The notes: generated from the sequence alone by a model not told the origin. A DNA stretch of 64,000 nt from Paraspadella gotoi (GCA_051294375.1 CM119268.1:306415-370414), one strand, 5' to 3'. Positions 42,563 through 58,227 are shown, numbered from the stretch's first letter. Program-made: numbers and translations.

Positions 42563-43200
42563 AAACAAGTTTTAGCAAATAATGCCGGATCTGCCCATGA
42601 TCATTAGGGGTAAGCAGCTGATCAGATAATTAATTAATTAATTGATTATCTAATCTTGAAATACATTTTTTTGTAATCGTGTCCATATCGTTTTCCAATT
42701 TGTCTCGCCGCTCAACAATCTCGATCATAAAATTAATTAATTATTTATTTAATTATTTAATTAATCAATTACAAATAACTAATTATTAATTAATTACTTA
42801 TTTATTAATAATAAATTAATGCAGCTTAAATTTACATTTATTATATTAGTATTATATTAGTAAAAAAAGCAGAATCAAATAGTGAAAAAGATTCTTTATT
42901 TTTTCCATTTTAACCCATTTCCACTTAGACGATTCCATCGAAACCTGATTTCCAGCTCAATCACACACTTTCCTACCCACACACAAAATTTCATTCCAAT
43001 CCATCCATCAAATCACGAATAATTGGTGTTCTTTGCTAAGGTGGGACGGACGTACGGACGGACAGACGGACATCATTTATCATAATTCGTTGTTCTGACA
43101 TGATATAAGTGAATTCCAGATAAAATTGGGGGGGCGTAACGATAAATCGACAAATTGAATTATAGAGCCGGAATCTGCTGTAAGAAGATCCAGCTAAAAA
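42563..43200 (-). mobile_element. HINE-like element
   Basis: AAACAAGTTT..GCAAA..CCGGATCTGCC end and GCCGGAATCTGC..AGATCCAGCTAAAAA end, with (GGAC)n. Confidence 0.65.
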
Positions 43201-43220
43201 ATCCTTTAATTTTAATAACT

Positions 43221-44072
43221 AAAAAAACAAGTTTGAGCAAACATCGGATCTGCCCACGATCATTAGCGGTAATTAATTAATTAATTAATTAATTAATTAA
43301 TTAATTAATTAATTAATTAATTAATTAATTAATTAATTAATTAATACAAACTATATAAACTAAAATAATAATTTAATTAATAAATTAATTAATTTTATCC
43401 AAAATGTTTGTTTTTAGGTCTTTTCGTCACTCACCATGACAAAAGCAACGACGATGATGATGGCGACGACGCCAATAATGCCGATAAAGATTGACTTGAT
43501 TGATTGATTAATTGATTAAATAATTAATTAGTGTAAAAATAAATTGATTGATTGAATAATTAATTAATAGATAACTAAATAAATTGTTTGATTGAAAATT
43601 AATTGATCGATTAATTGACCGATTAATTAATTATTTCTTAATTAATTCATTAATTTATTAATTAACTGATTAATTATTTGATTAATTAAAACATCATTAA
43701 AACATCATTTACATTTAATATAAAAAGAAAAAGAAGCATAATCAATTAGCGAAACAGGTTTTTTGTTTTTCCATTTAAACTAATTTCCACTTAGATGATT
43801 CCATCGAAACTTTATATCCAGCTTAATCACACACTTTCCTACCCACATACAAAATTTCAAGTTAATCGCCCCATCCACTTATGAGTAATTGGCGTTCAAA
43901 TAGCTAAATATATATTTTTGTTTTTTCCATTTAAACTAATTTCCACTCGCACAATTCCATCGAAACTTTATATCCAACTCAATCACACACTTCTTTACCC
44001 ACACACAAAATTTCATTCCAATCCATCCATCCAATCACGAATAATTGTAGTTTTTTTGCTACGGTGGGACTG

Positions 44073-44111
<39 letters not shown>

Positions 44112-44325
44112 GCGTTTTTTTGCATAATTTATCAAAATTGGATCCTATTTTGGTTCCGATTCTGATTTATATTTGATTTCCCTTTAGGTGAGGTTGAGTC
44201 TTGCGATGATATTCTGACATTATATACGTGAAATTGTGAATGCCCGACAAGACTGAGGGGGAGGACCGACTGACCGACAAAAGGAATTTTAGAGTCGGGA
44301 TCTACTTTCAGCTTTCGACTAAAAA
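43221..44325 (-). mobile_element. HINE-like element, in tandem with the previous copy
   Basis: Same termini, (TTAA)n tract, duplicated core block and (GACA)n. Confidence 0.65.
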
Positions 44326-44493
44326 CTCTAAACAAATATGCAAAAAATATTTTACTAAAAGCTCAAAATTAATTTCTCCGCAAAAGTTGTGGAGGAGAAA
44401 AGATTAATAGATTAATTTGTTTTAATTTTTTTCTGCTTGGGAGTAATTTTTAATTAATGGGAAGCATTCAACATATAAATCACCAGGAGAGAG

Positions 44494-44554
<61 letters not shown>

Positions 44555-44619
44555 CTTTCACTCTCCCCCCGGTTCCCATCACATTGCAAAAGAAAATAAA
44601 ACAAATGGTCGCGTGTCAG

Positions 44620-44677
44620 CCAATTAAATTCCTCGCTTTTCCACCAATCAGCAACTTTAAAAATTTTTTCGGCCAAT
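44620..44677 (+). promoter_or_regulatory. Cluster of three CCAAT boxes (possible NF-Y promoter)
   Basis: AGCCAATT at 44620, ACCAATCAG at 44644 and GGCCAATCAG at 44673, in a CpG-containing patch. No downstream gene identified. Confidence 0.3.
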
Positions 44678-44872
44678 CAGAAGTCGCGGACTAACTTTTT
44701 TTTCTTTTATTTGTTTTCGTTAATGACTTTTTACCGCAACGCATGACTCATTATTTTCTAAAGGAGAGAGAGAGAGAGAGAGAGAGAGAGTTGAGATAGA
44801 AAAAATGCCGTTTTTCCCCGTGTTTTTCTTGGGGGCAAAGAAAAAAAAAGAGGGAGAATGAGATTAGAGAGG

Positions 44873-44919
<47 letters not shown>

Positions 44920-44987
44920 GTGAGAAAAAAAATGCGTTTTTCCCCGTGTTTCTTGGGGCAAAGAAAAAAAAGAGGGAGAATGAGATG

Positions 44988-45035
<48 letters not shown>

Positions 45036-45705
45036 AGAGAGAGAGAAGAGAGAAGAGGAGAAGAAAGAGAGAGAGAGAGAGAGAGATAGAGAGAGAGTGT
45101 GTGTGTGTGTGAAAGAGAGAGAGTATCGGAAAGAACTCAACTTTTTCATTTTTTCTCTTTTTTTTTCTCAAACAAGAGAGCATCGACTTTTCTTAACAAA
45201 ACAAAAACATTGAAGACGAAAAATCACAATCACAAAACTGAGTCTGCTATTTTTTTAGTATTGTTATGTTATAAAGGATTGTTTAAATAAAGTTTGATAA
45301 TAAGATATAGTTTGATAATCTATCTAATTCTTTCTCTGATTTTATCAATTTCCGCCTTATTAATTTACTTGATTTATTTTACACTTTTATTATACATTAT
45401 TTTTATTTTTTTTAATTTTTAATATTATTTCTTTTTCTCTTAAAAAATATTATTTTTCTCTTTTTCCTTAACGAAGTTGTTCCGCTAGTGATTCGAAACT
45501 CCACTGTGAGATTGATTTGCCACATTGTAGTGGTCAACGGTGCTGAGAGATTTTAATCGCTTAATAAACCGATGGCCTACAATAAATAAATTGAATAAAT
45601 TTAGTCGAGACTATTTATTATCTATCCACTTTGCTTCTAAGCTTTTATGCGTCTTTTATATTTAAATTGTTTTTTCTTCTTCTTCTTCTTCTTCTTCTTC
45701 TTCTT

Positions 45706-45778
<73 letters not shown>

Positions 45779-47242
45779 TACTTTTTATATCTTTTCTTTC
45801 CTCTTATTTTATTTTAGTTCATATTTTTACCATTTTTCTTTCTTACTTTTTTCCGTTTATAAAATAATTTTTCTCATATTATTTTTTCTCTCCTCTCTTC
45901 CTTTTTCACCTTCTATGTTTGCGGCCCGCGTTCCATTTGTAATCTGGTCAAGACACATCGAGAATTTCTCTCTCCTTTTCCTCCCTTTCTTTCCTTTCCT
46001 TTTCCTCATTCTTTTCTCTTCTTTCTTTTTCTTTTCTCTCTCTCCTTTTCCTCCATTTATTTCCTTTCCTCTTCCTCATTCTTTTCTCTTCTTTCCTTCT
46101 TTTTTCTCTCTCTCCTTTTTATCCCTTTCTTTCCTTTCCTTTTCCTCATTCTTTTCTCTTCNNNNNNNNNNNNNNNNNNNNNNNNNNNNNNNNNNNNNNN
46201 NNNNNNNNNNNNNNNNNNNNNNNNNNNNNNNNNNNNNNNNNNNNNNNNNNNNNNNNNNNNNNNNNNNNNNNNNNNNNNNNNNNNNNNNNNNNNNNNNNNN
46301 NNNNNNNNNNNNNNNNNNNNNNNNNNNNNNNNNNNNNNNNNNNNNNNNNNNNNNNNNNNNNNNNNNNNNNNNNNNNNNNNNNNNNNNNNNNNNNNNNNNN
46401 NNNNNNNNNNNNNNNNNNNNNNNNNNNNNNNNNNNNNNNNNNNNNNNNNNNNNNNNNNNNNNNNNNNNNNNNNNNNNNNNNNNNNNNNNNNNNNNNNNNN
46501 NNNNNNNNNNNNNNNNNNNNNNNNNNNNNNNNNNNNNNNNNNNNNNNNNNNNNNNNNNNNNNNNNNNNNNNNNNNNNNNNNNNNNNNNNNNNNNNNNNNN
46601 NNNNNNNNNNNNNNNNNNNNNNNNNNNNNNNNNNNNNNNNNNNNNNNNNNNNNNNNNNNNNNNNNNNNNNNNNNNNNNNNNNNNNNNNNNNNNNNNNNNN
46701 NNNNNNNNNNNNNNNNNNNNNNNNNNNNNNNNNNNNNNNNNNNNNNNNNNNNNNNNNNNNNNNNNNNNNNNNNNNNNNNNNNNNNNNNNNNNNNNNNNNN
46801 NNNNNNNNNNNNNNNNNNNNNNNNNNNNNNNNNNNNNNNNNNNNNNNNNNNNNNNNNNNNNNNNNNNNNNNNNNNNNNNNNNNNNNNNNNNNNNNNNNNN
46901 NNNNNNNNNNNNNNNNNNNNNNNNNNNNNNNNNNNNNNNNNNNNNNNNNNNNNNNNNNNNNNNNNNNNNNNNNNNNNNNNNNNNNNNNNNNNNNNNNNNN
47001 NNNNNNNNNNNNNNNNNNNNNNNNNNNNNNNNNNNNNNNNNNNNNNNNNNNNNNNNNNNNNNNNNNNNNNNNNNNNNNNNNNNNNNNNNTTCTCTTCTTT
47101 CCTTCTCTTTTCTCTCTCTTCTTTTCCTCTCTTCCTTTCCTTTCCACATCCTCCTTATTTTCACTTATTTCCTTCTCTTTTCTCTCTCTCCTTATCTTTT
47201 CTTCATGTTCCTTCTTCTTTCTTTCTTTTCTTTCTCCTTAAA

Positions 47243-47273
<31 letters not shown>

Positions 47274-47669
47274 CTTTTTTTCTCTTTCTTTCTCTCCCTC
47301 TCTCTCTGTCTCTATATATATATCTTTCTCTCTCTCACACACACTCTATTTTTCTTCATTATCTTTATGAATTTCTCAATTTCCTTATATTTAATCCTTA
47401 TTTAATTTTTTTCTCACTTCTCTCTTATTTCTTTGTTCTTCTTCTTTTTTTCTCTTCCTCCTCATCCAATTTTTGACGTCGTCTCACGGAAATAGAGTAA
47501 AACGAATATAAACTTTATTGCTTATAACTTTTTTTTATCTATTTATTTGTTTATTGGTTTTTTATTAATTAAATAATTTATTTATTTATATAGTTATCTG
47601 TTTAACTATTTATTTATTAATCTATTTATTTATTTATTTATTAATCTATTTATTTATTTATTAATCTAT

Positions 47670-47748
<79 letters not shown>

Positions 47749-47896
47749 TAAATTTATTATTTATTTATTCATAAATTTATTTATCTATTTATTTATTTAT
47801 ATTCTTTTATCTAATCGCATTTCTCGTCTGGTCTGGAGAGAATTCCCTCAGCATGACTCGTTACGATTCTTCCTTATTTATTTCCGATTTAAAACG

Positions 47897-47927
<31 letters not shown>

Positions 47928-48813
47928 TCTCTCGCATCTCTCTCTCTGCTCTCTCCGCTGTTTATTTTTCTCTCATCTTTCCTCAGATCTTCTCTCTCTC
48001 TCTGGCTAATATTTCTCTCTTAATACTTGTAATAGACTTCATTTCAACTTAAGCACAGTTAGTTCTTTTTAAAACAAAACCTGAATCTCTTATAAACTAA
48101 TTCCCACCTTAAATGTATTTCTCACTTTACTATGAAAGAGGGAGATCTTCCAACATTAAAAACCTTTTTTAATTAATTTATCGGCTAAAAAAGTAGAAAT
48201 CAGTATGAACATTTAATTACATTTCATGTCCGCTCTCTAGCGCATTTCTCCATATGATTCAAACTTTTAACTCTTATGAATTTTTTACATAAAAATTAGG
48301 CAGTCATTTAATAACTGAGCTACGGTTTCCCTGACTTTGGACATGCTTTGGTGGTTTAAGGTCTCCATTACTCTTATAAAAATGTATTCAATTGTATCTA
48401 ATTCCAACGCAGATTTTCTCTCTTCTCTTTGATGAGATCATTGAATATCTTCATTCCGGAGATTTTTCAACACAATGCAAAAATGTCAGGAAACTTTGGG
48501 ATTTAATTCAGTCAAGTAACTCTTCAGACCAAACAATTCTTCCGAAGTGTCAAAATAAATATCCAGAATACACTTAGACATAGTAGTTAGCTAATTGGTA
48601 TCATTAATGTCTCATTCTACATATAACTTTTTGTTTTGTTTTGGTTTTTTTACATTTTACGTTTTCTGGACGTTCACGTAACTTTTCATTGTGTCTTGTC
48701 GGGTTCGGGGTCAAAAGGTTCAAATGTTTTAAAGGAACATTACCAAATACGTACAATTTTAATCTTAATCGCGAGCTCAGGTCCGTTGTTCTATCAATTA
48801 TCATTTCTATCAT

Positions 48814-48847
<34 letters not shown>

Positions 48848-50016
48848 NNNNNNNNNNNNNNNNNNNNNNNNNNNNNNNNNNNNNNNNNNNNNNNNNNNNN
48901 NNNNNNNNNNNNNNNNNNNNNNNNNNNNNNNNNNNNNNNNNNNNNNNNNNNNNNNNNNNNNNNNNNNNNNNNNNNTCTCTCTCTCTCCGCGCTCCACTCT
49001 CTCCCACTCAAACTCCACCGCGAAGTTCTGCGCAAGACAAGTGAGTGATGAGGCGACTCCAGCAGACAACTCCAGCGGACAACTCCAGCAGACAACTCCA
49101 GCTGACGAGAAACGCTTTTTTGGAGAAAGAAGACATCAATTCCTTCCGTCGGAGGAGAAAATGGCGAGAGTGGAGATGGCAAGAAAAGGTGGAGATGGAA
49201 ACAAGAGGTGGAGATGGCAAAGTGAACGGAGATGGCAAATTTAGTGAAGATGAAGAAATGATTGAAAATTGTAAAATGAAAAATGGGATACTGAAAAAAA
49301 TAAAAATTAATCGGGTACTTATCTGCACAATGCACATGTAGTAAAAGAAAATATAAAGTAAAATTAAGAAAAAATAGTGTAAAATAGAAATATATGGTAA
49401 ATTAAAAAATAGAAGAAAGACTCAAAAAAGAAATTATTGATAAAAAGAAGAAAAAATATCACTATTTTTGGAAAGCGGCGCGTTTATTTTTGGAAAGCGG
49501 ACCGTTTATTTTTCTAATCCTTTATTTAATTAGCTTAATTAACTTAATTTCAACTCTATCTAACCTTAATCTGTAGATAAGAATCTAAAAAGGCTGAAGA
49601 ATGTTATACGGAACTTGTTTAACCCCTCACACAGCCATGAAACGGGTCCTTGGCTTGGAACCAAGGCAGTTTACGGCCCTCTTTACATACCGTAGGGTTG
49701 GTACTATTAGGGATTGATCCTGGTACCTGGTGGGATGAGCAACGAGGTTACGACTGAAGTTATTTTGCTGTTAGGCGGGGTAAACTTATTGTAATGCCCG
49801 ACTTCAACTGTTTAATCCTTTTCGGAAATCTTGTTCTTAACCCGAACCAAAACCCCAACTATAATCAATGACTCAATCCTTATTCATTAATATTATTTTC
49901 TAACCTTAAATCTTAAACTCTGACCTAATTATCAAACACAAAAACAAATTACTTCTGAATTTAGTCCGAAATTTGGCGTTTTTGGAAAAGATGGCGAAAA
50001 GAAAAAGTAAAATAAA

Positions 50017-50482
50017 GGAAAACAATTTTGAGCAATCAATATCGGATCTGACCACGAACATTAGCAGTAATTAATTAATTAATTAATTAATTAATTAATT
50101 AATTAATTAATTAATTAATTAATAAAAAATTAATACAAACTATATAAACTAAAATAATAATTTAATTAATAAATCTATTAATTTGATCCAAAATGTTTGT
50201 TTTTAGGTCTTTTCGTCACTGACCATGACAAAAGCAAAGACACCGATGATGGCGACGACGAAAATAATGCCGATAACGATTGACTGATTGATTGATTGAT
50301 TGATTGATTAAAAAATTAATTAAATTATAAATAAATTGATTTATTGAATAATTAATTATTAGATAACTAAATAAATTGATTCATTGAATAATTGATTGAT
50401 TAATTTACGATTAATTAATAATTTATTAATTAATTTACTAATTGAATAATTAATACTTCTTGCATTTACATTTAATATAAAA
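50017..50482 (-). mobile_element. HINE-like element, partial (runs into a gap)
   Basis: Closely matches 43221-43730. Confidence 0.6.
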
Positions 50483-50507
50483 NNNNNNNNNNNNNNNNNN
50501 NNNNNNN

Positions 50508-50522
50508 TCTCCCTCCTCTCCT

Positions 50523-50577
<55 letters not shown>

Positions 50578-51510
50578 CTCTCTCTCTCTCTCACATGCTT
50601 GTGCCGTGTGAAAAGAGTCGAGACGTTCACTGGAAGAAATCGAAACCAAAGTTGTAAGAGGATTCGTTGAATTCATGGAATATTTTTGGTGATCGATGAG
50701 GATTGAATATGATATCGATGAGAAATGAATGAATCGATGAGATATGAAGATGAACGATGTGGTGGATTCACTAGGAATGAACTGGAACAATGAAGGATGA
50801 ACGATTTATTAAATCGAAATGAACAATCAACGAAATTATTGACGAACTTATGACTAGATCAATGACTGATTTAATGAATCATATGAACGATGGAATGTGA
50901 TGACGTAATAATCGATGATACTAGATGAACTTGTGTTTTATGAAAAAAGAACATTATTGAATGAGAGCGTGAATGGACGAATGATTTATATCGAATGATC
51001 TTATGAACATGATGATATAGTATATATGAAAGATGATATATAATCATGAGATTCTATTGAACGAATGGATAAACGGAATCGATTATGAAGTGATATCACC
51101 GTGAATGAATATGACGATTAATTGAATCTGAGATAGTTCGAACGATATGATATATGCATGATTGCGATTAATAATCGATGATGACAATGGAATGACTAAT
51201 GTGTAGATGAATATACATAAATCTGGGTGATATCGACAATAATAGAAATAACAATCGATAAATGAACGAGAATGAACATGACGATAGTAGCTGATAACCG
51301 ATGAATGGATCTATCAAAATGAATGGATCTTTTTGTGAAAAAGATTTAATTTCAAATTTTACTGGTTTTTAAACCCAATATTAAAAATGATCACTTAAGT
51401 AGAGAGAGTTTTGCGTGTGAAACTTGTCTTTCTCACAGGTCTCCATGACCTATCTCTCTGTGAGACTCTAGGATTCAATTTTAGTAGTGGGCTCTTCTCT
51501 CTCTCTCTCT

Positions 51511-51555
<45 letters not shown>

Positions 51556-53152
51556 TCTTCTCAGCGCCATTAGCCTCCTTTTTCAGAATGACGATATTTT
51601 TCTCTATTCCATTAGTCACTATTTTCGACGACAAATTATCATCCTTTACTTTTTTTTGACCCATTTTTAATTCTTTTTAATTCATTTTTAATTCATTTTT
51701 AATCCATTTTTTCTTTACTTTAATAATTTTTTTACTTTAATAAATTTTTACTTATTTTTCTTAATTCTTTACTTTACTTTATTTTTTCTTTACTTTACTT
51801 TATTTTTCTCTTAAATTTTATTTTTTCTTTACCTTAATTTATTTTTTCTTAACTTCACTTTTTTCTTTACTTTACTTATTTTTCTTTTATTTTAACTTTG
51901 TCGGCCCCTCAATCTTGTTGGCCATATCACTTATGTCATGTTAGAACATCGAATTATGATATAAATAATGCGAAAAAAATGATGTCCGTCTGTTCCGTCC
52001 GTCCGTCCGTTCCGTCCGTCCGGTCCGTCGTCCGTTTGTCTGTTCCGTCCGTCTGTCAGTCCGTCCCACCTTAGCAAAACTCCAATTGCTCGTGATTGGA
52101 TGGATGGATTGGAATTAAATGTTGTGTTGTTGATAGGGAAGTGTGTGATTGAGCTGGATATGAAGTTTCGATGGAATCGTCCGAGTGGAAATGAGTTTAA
52201 ATGGAAAAAAACAAAAAAATCTATTTTACTATTTGAACACCAATTACTCATGAGTGGACGGGGCAATTGACTTGAAATTTTTGTTGTGTGGGAGGAAAGT
52301 GTGTGATTAAGCTGGAAATCAAGTTTCGATGGAATCGTCTGAGTTGAAATGAGTTTAAAATAGAAAAAAAAACTGTTTTTATAATTGATTATGCTTTTTT
52401 TTTCTTTTTTTTTAATCACACACTTTCCTCCCCACATACAAAATTTCAAGTCAATTGCCCCGTCCACTCATGAGTAATTGGTGTTCAAATAGTAAAATAG
52501 ATTTTTTTGTTTTTTTCCATTTAAACTCATTTCCACTCGGACGATTCCATCGAAACTTCATATCCAGCTCAATCACACACTTCCCTATCCACACACAACA
52601 TTTAATTCCAATCCATCCATCCAATCACGAGCAATTGGAGTTTTTTGCTAAGGTGGGACGGACTGACAGACGGACGGACAGACAAACGGACGGACGGACG
52701 GACGGACGGACGGACGGACGGACGGACGGACAGACGGACATCATTTTTTCGCATTATTTATCATAATTCGATGTTCTAACATGACATAAGTGAATGGCCA
52801 ACAAGATTGAGGGGGCCGACAAAGTTAAAATAAAAGAAAAATAAAGTAAAGTAAAGAAAAAAGTGAAGTTAAGAAAAAATAAATTAAGGTAAAGAAAAAA
52901 TAAATTTAAGAGAAAAATAAAGTAAAGTAAAGAAAAAAATAAAGTAAAGTAAAGAAAAAAATAAAGTAAAAATTTATTAAAGTAAAAAAATTATTAAAGT
53001 AAAGAAAAAATGGATTAAAAATGAATTAAAAATGAATTAAAAATGAATTAAAAATGGGTCAAAAAAAAGTAAAGGATGATTCATTTGTCGTCGAAAATAG
53101 TGACTAATGGAATAGAGAAAATATCGTCATTCTGAAAAAGGGAGCTAATGGC

Positions 53153-53248
<96 letters not shown>

Positions 53249-53937
53249 ACTACTAATTGAATCTAGAGTCTCACAGAGAGATAGGTCATGGAGACCTGTG
53301 AGAAAGACAAGTTTCACACGCAAAACTCTCTCACCTTAAGTGAGTCATTTTTAATTTGGGTTTAAAACCGTAAAATTTGAAATTAAATCTTTTCACAAAA
53401 AGATCCATTCATTTGATAGATCCATTCATCGTTCATCTATCTATTTATCGTTCATTGATTCATTCATCGTTCATCGATTCATTCATCGTTCATAGATATA
53501 TTCATCGTTCATATAATCATTCGATTCATTCACCATTCATCGATTCATTCATAGTTCAATTTATTCATCTTTCAATACATTCAACGTTCATCCAATTAGT
53601 CATCATTTATCGATTATTAATCGTTCATCGATCCATTCATCGTTCATTGATTCATTAATCGTTCATTGATCTAGTCATAGTTCGTCAATTCGTTGATTGT
53701 TCATCGATTTAATAATCGTTCATCCTTCATTGTTCCATTCATTCCTAGTGAATCCACCATCGTTCATCATTCATTCCTCATCGATTCATTCATTCCTCAT
53801 CGATTCATTCATTCCTCATCGATCACCAAAAATATTCCATGAATTCACGAATCCTCTTCACTTTGGTTCGATTTCTTCCAGTGAACGTCTCGACTCTTTC
53901 ACGCGGCACAAGCATGTGAGAGAGAGAGAGAGAGAGG
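50508..53937. repeat. ~3.4-kb palindrome (arms ~50508-52309 and ~52412-53937)
   Basis: Unique and HINE segments are mirrored as reverse complements; the left arm is much noisier. Confidence 0.85.
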
Positions 53938-54748
53938 AGGTGTTTTTCAGCGACTCTTCAAGTTTTGTTCGTTATAGAGTCGTCTCACATCTTCACTTGT
54001 ATCTCTGGAGGTACCTATTCCGTGAGTGATCTATCTCTGATTACACTGGGCGTATCGATTCGCTGATGGTAAATCCTCCTTCTTTTTCTCCTCACATATT
54101 GGGCCATTCATCCGTACTTCGGTACAATTATGCCGCGCCATCCTCAATCGCGTCTCACATAATTAGGGGATCGCATATTGAGTTACACTATGGCGCCGTT
54201 ACGCATGCGTGTCATCTCAAATCCTCCATGCGCCGATTCCATCGATCGTCGAAGTAAAATTGGGGATACCGCATCATCTGGTACGCATATGGCCGGATTC
54301 GATCTCGGTACAAATTGGGGATCGACACGTTCCAATTGGGGATCGATCGCAGTAACATTGGGGTCTATCACGGTTAAAACAATTGGGGGATCGAATTTCG
54401 GGAAACTAAATATCATGAGCTGATGGTATTAATAAGTGAGCACTGGTCAGCGAAGAAACTGAAAGGTGTCATGCTTATGACGGGGTCAAGCTTATTGCAA
54501 TGCTCGACTACAGGATAATTCGGGAAAGGGTTCGTAACGGCAACGATAAGCGAGTCCTATCACAAGAATGACAACTCAGTCATGCGGACGTTTAAGCCTG
54601 AAAAGTAGAAATATGAAATATTATATAAGAATAAAAAGAAATTTTTTAATTTTTTAATTTTTATATTTTTTATTCAGCGTCTCTTTTCTCGTGTCTTTTA
54701 CGATTTTCGCAGGGACTGAATATTTGGGTTTCATGAGAAAAAAAAAAA

Positions 54749-54833
<85 letters not shown>

Positions 54834-55350
54834 TCGGAAATGAAATTCCAATCCGACGATTTCCTAATTATCGCTCCTGGAGACGAAAACTCGATCTCCG
54901 GAGATTTTTTTTTGTTTTCGCTTTTAATTAATTTCCTTTTTTTTTATTTATTTTATTTTTTATTATTATATTTCTTGCAATATAATTATATGGCGCTTGA
55001 GATTTACAACACCTCTCCTCGCCCAAACGGAAAGGGCACGCAACGCGCCTCGGCTCGGAATAATCATAAATGAAAATAAATAAATGTTTAATTTTCTATT
55101 TAAACAGTCGCCCTTTCTATCTCTCTCTCCTCTCTCTTCTTCTTTCTCTGCTCTTCTTCTATCCCACTCTCTCTCTTTCTATCCATCTCTCTCTCCCAGT
55201 CTCTTTCCTCTCTCTTTCTCACTGTGGAGTGACCAGCGTTTTAAGGCATTTGATGGTTTTTTTTTTGGCGACCAAAATCCTTTCATTCTAAATTGGTTCA
55301 TGTCCTGATCTGCCAATCACAGTTGGAGGCCAAGTAGAAAGGAGGATGTG

Positions 55351-55422
<72 letters not shown>

Positions 55423-55586
55423 TATGAAACGAGAAAGAAAGAAACAGAGAGAGAGAGAGCAGAGAGAGAGAGAGAGTGAGAGAGAGAACAGAGAGAGACG
55501 GAAGAAAATTCCATCAAAAAATTCGGCCTGATTTTCCGATTAATCGGTGGGAAAAAGTGGCGACGTTCCGCTCCGTCTTTGATCCT

Positions 55587-55632
<46 letters not shown>

Positions 55633-55634
55633 AG

Positions 55635-55674
<40 letters not shown>

Positions 55675-55779
55675 AGAGGAGAGATGGGACTCCTTCTCGC
55701 TCTCCACTTTGATCCCGTGCGTCAACGGGTTCGAGTTTTGCGGGCAGAAAAAAAAGGAATACAATTTCCACAGAAATGG

Positions 55780-55872
<93 letters not shown>

Positions 55873-56399
55873 AAGAGAAAAGAAAGAGAGAAAACAAATT
55901 ATTAAGGTTATGACTATTTATGGTGAAGAGAAGAAGAAATATACTATCTTGGAAATGAAATATCGCCAAAGGAAAAGGAGAAGAAAATCATCTTGGAAAA
56001 TGAATGTCGTCATAAGGCAAAAGAGAAAAGAAAATATACCCATCAATGAAAATGAATATATGCCAAAACAGGAAGAATGAGAAGAGAAATATATCATTTA
56101 GAAATTAATATGTCGCCAAAAGGAAGAAGAGAAGAGAAATATACTATCTTGGAAAATGAATGTCGTCATGAAGGAAAATGAATATGTTACGAGGAAAATC
56201 TGTCCTTCTCGATTTTTATGACAGGTTTTTTAAAAAAAAGAATATTATGCAATATAAGAAAATATTTTGTTTTGATAATATTATTATACCCATATAAAAA
56301 AACCTCTGGGGATTGCGATCAATGTATCTTTTGATTATTTTTATTAAGCTATATCATTAATTTATTTACTTACAGTTGAGAAAATCAATTTTAACGTAA

Positions 56400-57096
56400 T
56401 ACAAAATTGAGCAAAAAACAATACCGAACTGCCCTCGTCATTCGCGGTAAGCAGCTAATCAAGGATAATTAATTTAATTAATTAATTTAATTAAATAATT
56501 AACTAATTTAATTAATCAATTAATATTAGTTTTTATTTGTGTCAAAATCGTTTTCCCCACTTTTTCTCGCCTCCTCAAATCACAAAACAACATATTTCAT
56601 TACAAAAAAAAATTGATTAATTAATTAATTACAATAATGAAAAATTAATTAATTACTTATTATTAATAATGAATTAATGACACGCTTGAATTACATTTAA
56701 ATATGAATAAGAAAAAAAGCATAATCAATATAGTGAAATATATTGTTTGTTTTTCCGTTTAAACTCATTTCACTTGGACGATTCGCATCGAAACTTTATT
56801 TCCTGTTCAATCACGTACACTTTCCTACCCACAACGACAACATTTCATTCCCAAACCATCCATCAAATCACGAGTTAGTTGGTGTTTTTTGTTGAGGTGG
56901 GACGGACAGACGGGACAGACAGACAGACGATTAGACAGACAGACGGACGGACGGACTTAAAAACATTTTTTCAAATTTATCAATAATTCAATGTTCTGAC
57001 ATGATTCTGACAAGTTGGGGGGCGAGACCGACATACCGGACAAAGTGAATCATTAATAGAGTCGGGGTCCTGTCTGTAACAGATCCCTGCGAAAAA
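56400..57096 (-). mobile_element. HINE-like element (error-rich copy)
   Basis: Colinear with 42563-43200. Confidence 0.6.
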
Positions 57097-57200
57097 TGTT
57101 ATTTTGACGCACAACGTTTATATACACTCCTGGACGAAAAAAATAAAGAGGCAACAATCTAAGTCATGTGAATCTGAAAACGCTCATATCTTTTTATCGG

Positions 57201-57231
<31 letters not shown>

Positions 57232-57237
57232 GAATGA

Positions 57238-57272
<35 letters not shown>

Positions 57273-57385
57273 AAGAGAGAAGCAGAAGAAGAAGAAAAGG
57301 TAAATCAGAAGATTAAGGGAACAGAAGTGCAAGAAGAACTTGAGACTTGTTAATCGGGAAGCGAGGACAAATTCCAAATTCATAG

Positions 57386-57428
<43 letters not shown>

Positions 57429-58124
57429 AAAGAGAGAGTGTAAATCCGTGGCGACAATGTTTACCAGGGAAAAAAATTCATGACAAACCGGAGAATTTTG
57501 GCAAATGAAAAAAAAAATACTCAAATGAAGAGTAGAATTTTTTAGAATTTGAAACAAATTGAGATAAGATTTGGGCAAATAGGAAAAGTAATGGAAAAAG
57601 AAAGGAAGGAAAAGGAAAGGAAGGAAAGGAAAGGAAAGGAAAGGAAGGAAAAGGAAAGGAGAAGGAAAAGGGAAGGAAACTGGAAAAAAAAGAAAAGAAA
57701 AGAAAGAAAGAAAGAAGAAAAGAAAAGAAAAAAAAATAAAAAAAAAGAAAAGAAAGAAAGAAAAGAAAGAAGAAAAGAAAAGAAAGAAAAGAAAAGAAAG
57801 AAAAGAAAGAAAAGAAAAGAAAAAAAAAGAAAAAGAAAGGAAATAATTTGCAAGAAATTTAAAAAAAAAATTTTATTTTTTGTTAAAAAATACAATCAAT
57901 ATTAAAAGAAAAAAAATTTTAAAACTTTCAAAAACTTTATTACTGACAAAATCTCCTGCAGACAGAGACACACAAGAAGGGAGAGAGAGAGAGGAGAAGA
58001 GAGAGAGGAGAGAGAGAGAGGAGAGACGAGAGAGAGAGACAGAACGACGGTGGCACGCCCAAGATTTTTTTACGTTCTCTACTTCCGGTGAAATGCCAGA
58101 CGAAATTAGTTCGCAAATTCTTTT

Positions 58125-58227
<103 letters not shown>

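Noticed and set aside
45915-47405. 496-aa and similar long ORFs
   Set aside because: They are open only because they span N-gaps.
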